The notes beneath the pieces were generated by a model. That model saw only the letters and a program-made list of their open reading frames with translations, made no database searches and was not told the origin of the DNA. A stretch of 62,885 nt of DNA, filler included, from Octopus bimaculoides (lineage: Eukaryota), in NCBI RefSeq assembly GCF_001194135.2. It is 9 parts of 8 records of this genome, joined end to end, with 100 filler letters (N's around TTAATTAATTAA, not from the genome) between each part and the next. Parts side by side here need not be neighbours in the genome. Positions count along the whole stretch, not along the records: positions 25,048 to 44,438 come from NC_068998.1; positions 44,539 to 49,835 come from NC_068992.1; 7 more parts are not named here. One strand, written 5' to 3'. Position 1 is the stretch's first letter. Every line of letters starts with the position of its first letter. Positions 37,117 to 48,985 of this stretch are shown piece after piece. The position numbers and the translations under genes are program-made.

Positions 37117-38387
37117 ACTCAGTTGCTGTCTTTGTAAGCAAAATTTAAATTTCCATGCTACATCATCTATGGCTTCTTCCTTGAAACTAACAAACACTGA
37201 CGGTTTCAATTCGCTCGATATGAGTGTGTTATCACATTCGACATGAGCTGCAATCTGCATGTTGTCTGTTTATTTATTCAGTTTCAACATGTTATTCTGC
37301 ACATACCAAACTGTACCATTACGCAAAATACATTCAGCCATTAGCTCATACTTATAAAATCACTCACACACTGACGATCCAATAATTTATTTATATTATA
37401 ACATAATATATTATGAATATAACATAGCATAATATAAGATAACATAAACAATTTTTAAAACATCAAAATGCCAAGAATTTGTTTTGACTTATATACATTT
37501 TTTGATATATAAACAATTCCCTTATATATAAGTCTCATGAGAGGCAGAGTTTAAAGATAGATGAAATTCCCTGTGAATGGATGGCTGGATTGTAAAAAGT
37601 TAATTCAAATGCCTATGTATTATGAGGATGATCCTTAACTATTCAATTACATATCAATTACAATTAAACAGCAAAAAATTTTAATGGACAAAATAATTAA
37701 GTGTAATCTACAACTAACCAAATATATATGTATGTATGCATGTATATATGCAAACAGAGATAATAGTTTCACTATGTATATATTATATACATAGTGAAAG
37801 TATTAATAGTGAAACTATTAAAACTGAAACTATTATCTCACATTACACTAAAGATGTTATTGTTTCACTTTTGACATAAAATACCGAAACATTCTAAGAG
37901 ATTACTGTGGGCTCACATTAGGCAAGAAGTGAAAAATTATAGAAGTCCAACAAAAAATAAATAGAAATATATTCAACAAAAAGTAAATAGAAAATACATA
38001 ATGTAAATGCAAAAATAATTAATGTAAATGTCGTTTTAAAAACTCAAAAGAAGAGTATGTTGTCCCCAAATCTGAATCAGAAATATGTGAGTTAATAAGA
38101 TTTGTATGTTTTTTTTTTCAGAGAATTTACAAAGTTAAGAATGGAATAAACTTTTTTTAACCGTTTGGAAGTATTTAAAACTAATAAAAGTTGTCTATTT
38201 TTAACTAGATAATTACTATAAGAAGCCAAAATACTTAACTTAGAATGACTTTTCATCTGGAAATATGTTTTCCAATATTCTATCTCCATTTTCTCACTGC
38301 TTCCTGTTCACATGTCTGCATGAATGTCTCTGTATATGGATGTAAATGTCTATGTGTATAAACATAAGCATATGTATACATTCATAT

Positions 38388-38560
38388 ATTCTTTTACTTG
38401 TTTCAATCTTTGAACTGTAGCCAAGATGGGACATTGCCATGAAAGATTTAGACTATTAAATTGACCCCAGTAATTAAGCCTGGTACTTGTTTTGTCAATC
38501 TCTCTCAAGCAAACTGCTAAGTAACAGGGGACACAAATCAATCAACACTAAATGTCAATT
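38388..38560 (-). mobile_element. Old SINE family A 3' half
   Basis: TTCTTTTACTTGTTTCAATC...GGTACTTGTTTTGTC, a decayed version of the family tail. Confidence 0.6.
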
Positions 38561-38691
38561 AGTGAGAAGCAAATATAAATTCACACACACCTACACCCAC
38601 ATAAACAAATATGTGTGTGCATGAATATATGTGTATGTATGTATGTATGTATATCTACATAAGCATAAATGTTTACTATCTCCATATACAT

Positions 38692-38772
<81 letters not shown>

Positions 38773-38825
38773 CGTGTGTGTGTGTGTGCTTGTGTGTGTG
38801 TCTGTGTGCATGTGTGTGTGTGTGT

Positions 38826-38975
38826 GCAGGCATGTCTGTGGTTAAGAAGTTTGCTTTGCAACATCATGGTTTCAGTTTTGGTCCCACTTAATGTAGTCTT
38901 GGGCAAGTAATATAACCTCAGGCTAACCAATGCATTGCTAATAAATTTGGTAGACAGACTGTGTGGAAGCCAGTA
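38826..38975 (+). mobile_element. Old SINE family A head
   Basis: GTGGTTAAGAAGTTTGC..GGTCCCACT..CTTGGGCAAG..TTTGGTAGACAG. Confidence 0.6.
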
Positions 38976-39699
38976 ATATATGTATCTGTGTGTGAGCATG
39001 TGTATGTCTACATGTAGCTATCTGTATGTGTGTGCATGTGTGTGTGAGTGTGTGTGTGTGCACATGTGTGTGGGTGATAATGGTCAGAGCTAAATATGGC
39101 TCATTAGATCAACAAACAATTAATCTATCTATTGCTATTTGGCAAAGTAAATATATTTTCTTATAACAGGACAGAGACAAAATTTATTTGTCTATAACTG
39201 ACAAAATATTTTTTCTCTATCTTGCTCAGTCTCTTATTTTTATTAGTTTTTTTTCAGTGTTTGCTTTTTCTTCATAAAAACAATTTCCATTTCTTTTTTT
39301 GCCATATATTTTGTATATTTTCCTAGCTAGATATTAATAAATGTCAGACAAATATTAAATTCAATCTTCAATCTTGAAATATAATTGAGGTTAATAATTT
39401 ATTGCTCTATAACTGCAAATAGCAACTACATAACTGAACATGGTGGTAGATCATATCTTTAAGGGGCATTGTTTTTAGTGTTTGATGAGGTTTCTGTCTT
39501 CTGAGGCAAGCAATTTTTTGTTGTTGACTAACATGACTTACTATGTTTTGGATAGAATCTACAGATTACTTAGTATTGTGTTTTAGCAGTAACAATGGTT
39601 TTTGAGTTGTTAGATATGTGCTGTTCAGTGAAAAATTATCACAGCCATCTTTATTTTTTTTATTTGTTTCAATTAATTTGAATGAATGTGGAGATCATA

Positions 39700-40790
39700 A
39701 GAGACACTATATATTTTTGCTTTCCACTAACCCCAAATGCCGCCTGATTAACCTGACCAAGTCCAAGATTGACCAGGCGAGTAAGTGTACACTGAGGAAA
39801 ACTAATGATGACATAAGAAGGCACACGAGCCTCCCTCTATGGTGTAGCACCAGTGAGGTAACCTCATGGTTTGTTGCCAAATGGGACAAAGGCAGGGTTA
39901 GGTTTACACAGTTCGACATTGTTGACTTTATCCATTGATTTCAAAAGAGCTACTGATGAAGGCGCTTTCCTTTGCTAAAGGCTTCACTAATATTAGTGAT
40001 AGTGATGTTAGATTTATCATGCATGCCAGGAAGATGGTTCTGTTCAGCAAAGATTCAACATGGATCAAGCAATCTGACCCCAAGGACTCCTTTGATACGG
40101 CTATAGGAGCATATGACAGCGCCACTGTCTCTGATCTTATCGGACTGTACATCCTGGACATCTTAGGGAAGAGGTTTCTTTCATTCCTCTTCGGTCTCTA
40201 CAGAGATGATGCCCTACCCATCTCTAGCGGAGCCAATGGGCACACACTAAATAAACTTAGGACCTAATTAAGGTCTTAAGCTTAATGGGACTCAAGATCA
40301 CCATTGAGACTAATCTCACCACAGTAGATTTCTTAGATACCACTTTAGATCTGGGCTTTGGTACATACAGGCCCTATCACAAGCCAAACAAGAGACTGTC
40401 CTATATTACCACAGCCTCCTGCCACCCACCTATAGTTTTCAAGAACCTAGTGAAAGGTGTAAGCAGAGGATCTGTAATCAATCCTGTAGCCAAGATATCT
40501 TTGATACCACTGCCATCTACTACAATGAGGCACTGGCACTGAGTGGGTTTAAGGACTGCATCTCCTACATGCCTGGCCCTAGTGCCTGGGAAAGGAAGCA
40601 CTGTTGAAATGTCATTTGGTTTGCTTCATCTTTCTTGCTTAAAAACAAGACTTGTGTAGGAAGGATTTTCCTTAGATTAATTGACAAACATTTCACACAT
40701 AGATACAGGCAATTATTTAACAAGCACAACCCAAGAGTCTCCTTTAATTGTGCTCCTAACATAAAAAGCATTTTAACTAGTACACACAAT
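39700..40790 (+). mobile_element. Naiad-type Penelope-like element RT fragment
   Basis: NPKCRLINLTKSKI; QFDIVDF(Y)P-ISKELL; FDTAIGAYDSATVSDLIGLYIL; GLYRDDAL; VDFLDTTLDL..YRPYHKPN; CHPP; FLRLIDKHF..RVSFNCAPNIKSI. YRDD plus KCRLINP-like motifs are characteristic of Naiad/Chlamys PLEs. Confidence 0.85.
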
Positions 40791-40800
40791 ACAAGGGAGG

Positions 40801-41410
40801 AGGCAATCTTTTATAATAATATCTGGTTTATTAGCTTTTATAGTTTTGTCGGTATGTACGGGGAAGACCTAGAGAATCGATACATTTTCTCCCTCAGTCA
40901 CAGCTTCAGGATGGTGTTTATACCATTTGTCAGCAGTTTTGATTTTATAATGCCGGCATATTGTCCAGTGTAAATACTGGCCGACTCTGTCATGTCTTGC
41001 TTTATATTCTACAGGTGCTAAGACTCTACACCCTGAGATTAGGTGGTCTATAGTTTCAATCGCATCATTACAGAATCAGCATTTTGAGTCAGCTCCATTT
41101 TTAATCACATTGGCTTGGTAGTTCCGGGTTAATAAGCTTTGGTCTTGAGCAGCTAATATGAAACCTTCACTCTCTGCTTTTAGCCCTGAGCTTCGTAACC
41201 ATTGATGCATGTGTTTCTAGTCGACATCAGCTTGTTTGCTACGAGCCACATACTTGCCATGCAGAGGTTTCTGCTCCCATCTGCTAGCTAATTTTTCATG
41301 TGCTTTTGTCTTTGCAATTAATTTTATTTCCTTTGCAGCAGCAGTTGGCGCATTTCCTTCAACCTGATCAAGCTGGTGGATATCTAAGAGATCAGTAGCG
41401 AACTTTTTGC
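40801..41410 (-). mobile_element. R4/Dong-like (restriction-like endonuclease) non-LTR retrotransposon fragment
   Basis: WEQKPLHGKY; WLRSSGLKAESEGFILAAQDQSL; KC*FCNDAIETIDHLISGC (CCHC); RHDRVGQYLHWTIC; NKPDIII (start of PD..D nuclease). Confidence 0.88.
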
Positions 41411-41411
41411 T

Positions 41412-41462
41412 TTAGCACAGGCTACTAACCCCAATATTCCGAGTTCGATTCCAAGCAGTGAT

Positions 41463-41509
<47 letters not shown>

Positions 41510-41650
41510 CATCGAAAAATACCTTAGGAATGAGAACCGAGGTTCAAAATTTCCCCAAGACACCTGATGAAGGCTGGAGGGTATATCAGCCGAAACGTTG
41601 TATTAACAACAAACAAGATGAGGACAAATATCCGTCAAATGTAAATAATG
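41412..41650 (+). mobile_element. tRNA-like head + (TAA)n + hammerhead composite element
   Basis: B-box GTTCGATTCC at 41443-41452, (TAA)n at 41467-41507, hammerhead at 41559-41604. Confidence 0.6.
41559..41604 (+). ncRNA. Type I hammerhead ribozyme
   Basis: GACAC-CUGAUGA-A-GGCUG N10 CAGCC-GAA-ACGU-U^GUAUU. Full core, 5-bp stem II, ACGU palindrome, one mismatch in stem I. Confidence 0.75.
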
Positions 41651-41734
41651 AACTATTATGACGTCTGTTACCAAACGATCACAGGAACTTTCTTTTCAGG
41701 TGCTGAATAACATCTCTCCTACCTGTGTTACCTC

Positions 41735-42600
41735 CCATATATCTTTCCCAGTTTTCAGAGTTGGCACTGTAAATGTCAGCACATTGAAAAGTAGGTCTAG
41801 TGAGATTATATAGCTGCTTGAACAGAGAACTGTTGATGATTGTTGCATACAAGAGGTAAGGTGGAAAGGAGCTTCAGCCAGAGTCCAAACAGGTAAAGCA
41901 TGTAAATATAAACTCTTCTGGGAATGTAACAGTGATGAAATAGGGGGTGTAGGTATACTTCTTGCAGAAAAATGAGTGGATAAGGTCATAGAGGTAGTGA
42001 GGGTGTGTGATAGTGTACTTATACTCAGGCTAGTCTTGCAGAATGGTATAGCTACAATTATGTCTGCCTATGCCTCACAAGTAGACCTACCAAATGAACA
42101 GAAGGACCACTTTTATGATATTCTTCTGCAGGCTACCTCAAAGATGTATGACACTGATCTCATCTTTGTGGCTGGAGATTTTAATGGGCATGTTGGACAG
42201 CAACCTGATATCTTCCATGGTGTACATGGGGTGCATAGAGTTGGTACCAGAAATGAAGAGAGAACTAGGCTCCTGGATCTGCAACACCAACTTCAGGAAG
42301 CCAGGCAGCCACCTGATAACCTATCAATCAGGTGACTCTGCTAGTCAGATTGATTTCACTCTTACCAGACAGTGGGATGCATGGTTGCTCTTAAATACAA
42401 AGATCCTCCCTGGGGAAGAATGTACCCCACCCACATAGACAAGTTACAAGTGACTTTAGACTCGAGGCCATAAAGATGCCAAAAAGCAGACCAATCTGGA
42501 AAAGGAGGACTTGGAAGCTTAATAATCCTTCACATGGTCAGAGATTTAAGGATATCCTTACCAAGAAATTTGATGATAGGGAGGAGAAGCTACAGTCCTG
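41735..42600 (+). mobile_element. RTE-clade LINE, APE endonuclease region
   Basis: RVGTVNVSTL; CIQEVRWKG; GGVGILL; SAYA.Q; LIFVAGDFNGHVG; CNTNFRK..HLITYQSG..SQIDF. Confidence 0.9.
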
Positions 42601-43126
42601 TGAGCGCTACATACCAAATCATTACATCACTATCTTGTGCATTAAAAACATTTTAACTAAATGAGTTGATATGATGCTATACAAAATATTCACAAGTTCA
42701 TACCACAAAACTACTTCGTGAACCTAATTTTTTTAGTTTGTTTTGTTCAGTGAAACTCTTAAAAATCAATTGTAAATCCATGGATTATTGCTAGTTATAA
42801 ACTGGGAATTCAGTGAAAAATCTATATCCATGACAAAATTAAATGTGTTCTGCTTATTGACAAAATAAAAGTGTTGCACAAATATATGATTTTCAAGTTA
42901 GAACTAAATATCAGAAATCAAATTTTTATTGAAGTAAATAAAAAATGAAAGCAGTTGGCAGTAAGTTTGTTAGCTAATATCTTAATGAAGAAAACATCTG
43001 TTATTTTCAAATTGATTTTTATTTTCTGTATCTATTCAGAAGTTTGGAATAACATTTATGAAATATATCAATACTGCAGCTGATTCCTCTGCTTCTTTAT
43101 TTCTGTCTTATTCTGTGCACATGCGT

Positions 43127-43171
<45 letters not shown>

Positions 43172-43275
43172 GAGTATGAGGGGTTTAGTTCACTTGTGAT
43201 CTAAATAAATAGGTATGCTCAGTAAGTGCTATAGTTGGTCAACTGTTAGTTTCCAAGATCACAGCTAAGGCTGGA

Positions 43276-43332
43276 TCTGTATTAGGGTTCTGTATTAGGG
43301 TTCTGTATTAGGGTTCTGTATTAGGGTTCTGT
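43276..43332 (+). repeat. 13-bp tandem repeat (TCTGTATTAGGGT) x4.4 containing TTAGGG
   Basis: Directly visible perfect units. Confidence 0.95.
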
Positions 43333-43550
43333 TACAGCAGGTATATATTACAGGAAAAGTCAAAACCAAGGCAGAATGAGTATCTCAAATCATTTACAAT
43401 AATCTAATTAGAGTAAGTTGAATTTAATTAGAGTAAGGATAACCCAAGTGGTAGGTTAGTATGTCCATGTACTGGATACTCCATCATCAGAGACAAGATA
43501 TGAATATTTTAGACAGGGAAAATTTACAGTTTCCAAGGGGTAAAATTCAC

Positions 43551-43633
43551 GGTAAATTTTCAGATTAACACCCGCACGATTTTCCCTAGGGTAACAGGGT
43601 TGGGGTTTTAGGGTCAGGGTTAGGGTTTTAGGG

Positions 43634-43673
<40 letters not shown>

Positions 43674-43824
43674 CAGTTAGGGTTTTAGGGTTAGGTTTAA
43701 GGTTTTAGGGTTAGGGAATTCTGTCCGTAACCGTAACCGTAACCGTAACCCTAAACCCTAACCCTAAAACCCTAACCCTAACACCCTAGTGAAAATCGTG
43801 CGGGTGTTAATCTGAAGATTTACC
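43551..43824. mobile_element. 274-bp MITE (Merlin-like) filled with inverted telomeric repeats
   Basis: 42-bp TIRs at 43551-43592 and 43783-43824 (2 mismatches) beginning GGTAA. 8-bp TSD AAATTCAC at 43543-43550 and 43825-43832. Interior (TTAGGG)n...(CCGTAA)4(CCCTAA)n. Confidence 0.92.
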
Positions 43825-44560
43825 AAATTCACAGTTTATAAGGAATAAAATAGAATAAAGGAGTACATAGAAGGTTAAAAAGTAAAAGTAGTTAGAATAT
43901 AGGCAAGATAATAATGTTCACAACTCATCTTTTTCCAGAGGATATGGATGTTGGTCAGAACTTCCATGAAGGTACAGGCTCTTAGTTAAAATCTTTAGGT
44001 AAATCCACATGGTGTTTTAGCAGTATTTTGAATGATGTATTCATATTGTAAATGTGTATATAGAGCAAGAAAGTAAGTTAAGGATTCAGTAAAGTGGGGT
44101 GAAAAGCCAATCTAGGTAAGGTTACAAAGAACAATAGTATAGTGGTTAGTACGGATATTTAAAATTATATTTCAAGCTTAATAGCAATTAAATGATACAA
44201 AATAATGGATTAAGAATTAAAGTTAAAATTAAGATTAAAATAAAAATTAAAACTTTAAACCTAAAATTACAAACTAAGAAAAATAAAACCTAAAAACGAC
44301 AAAAACTAAAAATTATTGAATTGAAACTGGTTAGCTTTTAAGTTATTTATGTTGTCACAGGTACATATTGTCATAGGTTCTATCACGCCTTCAAATTCTT
44401 CCATAGATCCAAATGCAAACAAAATCAACATGCATACCNNNNNNNNNNNNNNNNNNNNNNNNNNNNNNNNNNNNNNNNNNNNTTAATTAATTAANNNNNN
44501 NNNNNNNNNNNNNNNNNNNNNNNNNNNNNNNNNNNNNNATATATATATATATATATATAT

Positions 44561-44725
44561 ACGACGGGCTTCTTTCAGTTTCTGTCTACCAAATCCACTC
44601 ACAAGGCTTTAGTCGACCCGGGGCTATAGTAGAAGACACGTGCGCAAGGTACCACGCAGTGGGACTGAACCCGGAACCATGTGGTTGGTAAGCAAGCTAC
44701 TTACCACACAGCCACTCCTGCGCCT
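44561..44725 (-). mobile_element. SINE family A head
   Basis: GGGACTGAACCCGGAACCATGTGGTTGGTAAGCAAGCTACTTACCACACAGCCACTCCTGCGCC. Confidence 0.92.
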
Positions 44726-46718
44726 TGTGTTTAAATTGTTTGAATATATATTCTTGTATGTGAATGGTTAAGAAGTTTCTTTCGCAACTATAAAATCGTG
44801 GGTTCGATAACTCAGTGTGTCATGTCCAACGAGTGTCTTTGAATCTCGGATGACCTCAAATGGATAATCAGTGGACAGAAACTGACTAGAATGCTGGACT
44901 GCATTTGTAATTCAAAGATTCAAGTATGACACAGTTTTGTTGTTCTAATTTTCCTTGAGAATTACGCTAAGAGTACACATATCCATGTCATATTCTGGCA
45001 CTTCACTCGATAATTAAACGAGTAAGGAATTCGCTTAGCCGAACAAATGTGCGCTCATACGCCGAAATTGAAATTGACGCAAGAGTCCATCGTATAATAA
45101 TGTATGTGTGTGTGCGTGTGCATGCATGTATGTATGTACACATGTATGTATACATATATATACATATGTGTGTATATATATATATATATATATNNNNNNN
45201 NNNNNNNNNNNNNNNNNNNNNNNNNNNNNNNNNNNNNNNNNNNNNNNNNNNNNNNNNNNNNNNNNNNNNNNNNNNNNNNNNNNNNNNNNNNNNNNNNNNN
45301 NNNNNNNNNNNNNNNNNNNNNNNNNNNNNNNNNNNNNNNNNNNNNNNNNNNNNNNNNNNNNNNNNNNNNNNNNNNNNNNNNNNNNNNNNNNNNNNNNNNN
45401 NNNNNNNNNNNNNNNNNNNNNNNNNNNNNNNNNNNNNNNNNNNNNNNNNNNNNNNNNNNNNNNNNNNNNNNNNNNNNNNNNNNNNNNNNNNNNNNNNNNN
45501 NNNNNNNNNNNNNNNNNNNNNNNNNNNNNNNNNNNNNNNNNNNNNNNNNNNNNNNNNNNNNNNNNNNNNNNNNNNNNNNNNNNNNNNNNNNNNNNNNNNN
45601 NNNNNNNNNNNNNNNNNNNNNNNNNNNNNNNNNNNNNNNNNNNNNNNNNNNNNNNNNNNNNNNNNNNNNNNNNNNNNNNNNNNNNNNNNNNNNNNNNNNN
45701 NNNNNNNNNNNNNNNNNNNNNNNNNNNNNNNNNNNNNNNNNNNNNNNNNNNNNNNNNNNNNNNNNNNNNNNNNNNNNNNNNNNNNNNNNNNNNNNNNNNN
45801 NNNNNNNNNNNNNNNNNNNNNNNNNNNNNNNNNNNNNNNNNNNNNNNNNNNNNNNNNNNNNNNNNNNNNNNNNNNNNNNNNNNNNNNNNNNNNNTATATG
45901 AGTATATGCATATATATGTACATGTATGTATATACGTTCATCTACATGTACATATAGATACATAACTGGGTACATGACGTGGCAAAAGAACAAGGACAAA
46001 ATGGTAAACAAGGTGCAACAAACAAGCAGGCCACATAGAAACATCCCCTTCATCAGCTGCCACCATTAAAACTCCGGCGTTTCGAAGAATTAAGGCAGTA
46101 CGCATCGTTAAAATGGTTCTTCCCATATATATATATATATGTATACTTTTCTATGGTATTGCCATTGAAAATTCTGAAAATAATATTCATCATATTTGGT
46201 AACACATCCGATCTTGAACATGGAACTTCATCAGAGTGAAGAAAAATAGATAGAAGAAAGGAAAGAAAAGAAGAGCCTCGAGAAGATAAAAGGCTTAATA
46301 TATTTAAATCATACCATTTTGCATGTGTCGCTCAGGACGTTGAGTAAATGACTAAACTTAAAATATTAATTGGTGGGTTAAGTTTTCTATGGGGGGTAAC
46401 TGGCTGTAAAAGTAATGAAAAAGTGAAATAAAAAGATTTACCATAACGGGTACGCCAATAGGTTTTGACAAAGAGGGAGTGAGAATGCCATAATGTTTTG
46501 AAGCAATCATAATAGTTCTTAAAATAGTACTAATTAATAGTTTATCATAATAAAGTGCCCGTCATTACGATTATTTACTTACTGATATGTTGTAAAGACC
46601 AACCACCTATTGCCCGTAATGGGATTGACCAAAGTCCAGCTTTCGATATAATTGGTTAGTTAAATTTTAAAACAAAGGGCAAACTATTAAGACCGTTATA
46701 CGAGTAGGTATATGTTGT

Positions 46719-46937
46719 TGGCACTCCATCGCTTACGACGTCGAGGGTTCCAGTTGATCCGATCAACGGAACAGCCTGCTCGTGAAATTAACGTGCAAGT
46801 GGCTGAGTACTCCACTGACACGTGTACCCTTAACGTAGTTCTCGGGGATATTCAGCGTGACACAGTGTGACAAGGCTAACCGTTTGAATTACAGGCACAA
46901 CAGAAACAGGAAGTATGAGTGAGAGAAAGTTATGGTG
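46719..46937 (-). mobile_element. SINE family C, 3' part
   Basis: GATCCGATCAACGGAACAGCCTGCTCGTGAAATTAACGTGCAAGTGG, shared with 55307-55620 and 58023-58343. Confidence 0.88.
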
Positions 46938-47675
46938 NNNNNNNNNNNNNNNNNNNNNNNNNNNNNNNNNNNNNNNNNNNNNNNNNNNNNNNNNNNNNNN
47001 NNNNNNNNNNNNNNNNNNNNNNNNNNNNNNNNNNNNNNNNNNNNNNNNNNNNNNNNNNNNNNNNNNNNNNNNNNNNNNNNNNNNNNNNNNNNNNNNNNNN
47101 NNNNNNNNNNNNNNNNNNNNNNNNNNNNNNNNNNNNNNNNNNNNNNNNNNNNNNNNNNNNNNNNNNNNNNNNNNNNNNNNNNNNNNNNNNNNNNNNNNNN
47201 NNNNNNNNNNNNNNNNNNNNNNNNNNNNNNNNNNNNNNNNNNNNNNNNNNNNNNNNNNNNNNNNNNNNNNNNNNNNNNNNNNNNNNNNNNNNNNNNNNNN
47301 NNNNNNNNNNNNNNNNNNNNNNNNNNNNNNNNNNNNNNNNNNNNNNNNNNNNNNNNNNNNNNNNNNNNNNNNNNNNNNNNNNNNNNNNNNNNNNNNNNNN
47401 NNNNNNNNNNNNNNNNNNNNNNNNNNNNNNNNNNNNNNNNNNNNNNNNNNNNNNNNNNNNNNNNNNNNNNNNNNNNNNNNNNNNNNNNNNNNNNNNNNNN
47501 NNNNNNNNNNNNNNNNNNNNNNNNNNNNNNNNNNNNNNNNNNNNNNNNNNNNNNNNNNNNNNNNNNNNNNNNNNNNNNNNNNNNNNNNNNNNNNNNNNNN
47601 NNNNNNNNNNNNNNNNNNNNNNNNNNNNNNNNNNNNNNNNNNNNNNNNNNNNNNNNNNNNNNNNNNNNNNNNNNN

Positions 47676-47726
<51 letters not shown>

Positions 47727-47732
47727 CGCACG

Positions 47733-47764
<32 letters not shown>

Positions 47765-48285
47765 CAGGTGAATGGTGAGATTATTCCCATGTATCACGTG
47801 ATTGGTGTTTCGTTTCTGTAATTTGTCATTTCTTACTTTTTGTTTGTTTGTTCCTGTTCCATGTGGACTAGAAAAACAATTTGGGGTTTTCGTGATTATT
47901 GCATCAATATCATTTCTAAATCATAAACCTCGCAACCATACTTTATTACACGTATATTAATGTTTGTGTGTACCAAGAAATAAAAATCTATATTCATCAA
48001 ATATTTACGTCAACCAAATATTGATCTCTTATACTACGATTGAAATACTGATAAGAGTTTGCGATGCTCAATTTTACCTCATGAACGATAGCTGTGTCAT
48101 GCTAATTGACTTCAAGCAGTAATTGAAACCTTCTTGTGCACTTTATGAAATCTTGAGCGCATTATTCTATCAACAGCATCGTAGAAAACATCTGCCAGTA
48201 TATTTTGATATTATCGTCTGAAACAAACAGTCACACACACTCACATGTACGTACACACACACATGTACGTATACACACATATGTA

Positions 48286-48320
<35 letters not shown>

Positions 48321-48346
48321 GTATACATGTGTGTGTGTGTGTATAT

Positions 48347-48383
<37 letters not shown>

Positions 48384-48985
48384 GAAACATCCTTGTTACT
48401 TATTTGCTTTTTATTCACCTTCGAGATGTGCGGATAATACCGAACTGACTTGGTACCTCAACTTAAGAACCTAATTCAACTGAATCTTAATTATTTCTGT
48501 TATGTGTGTGTGTATGTATGTTTATATGTATTATGTATGTATGTATGTATGTATGTATGCATGTGTGTATGCTTATATGCATAGATACATACATGTATAT
48601 ACAGGTTACGGTGAATATATTGTCGTCTAAATTACGCAAAAATGAAAATAACACTGACATCTCATTTTAACAATTATATTTAGTAAAATTACATAAAAAT
48701 ACCTTGAAATACTGAAGAGTAAATTTATTCAATAAAATCGCCATTGGCTTCAACTACGGCCTCCAGACAACTTCGAATNNNNNNNNNNTGCTTTTTATTC
48801 ACCTTCGAGATGTGCGGATAATACCGAACTGACTTGGTACCTCAACTTAAGAACCTAATTCAACTGAATCTTAATTATTTCTGTTATGTGTGTGTGTATG
48901 TATGTTTATATGTATTATGTATGTATGTATGTATGTATGTATGCATGTGTGTATGCTTATATGCATAGATACATACATGTATATA

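Noticed and set aside
41467-41507. (TAA)n as a Dong/R4 target site for the adjacent RLE LINE
   Set aside because: It is separated from the LINE by the tRNA-like head, lies at the truncated 5' side and is in the opposite orientation.
43593-43782. Ancient telomere-telomere chromosome fusion site
   Set aside because: TIRs and an 8-bp TSD show that it is a transposon insertion.
46030-46100. TCATCAG and GTTTCG as a hammerhead
   Set aside because: The motifs are in the wrong order for type I, and stems I/III do not form for type II.
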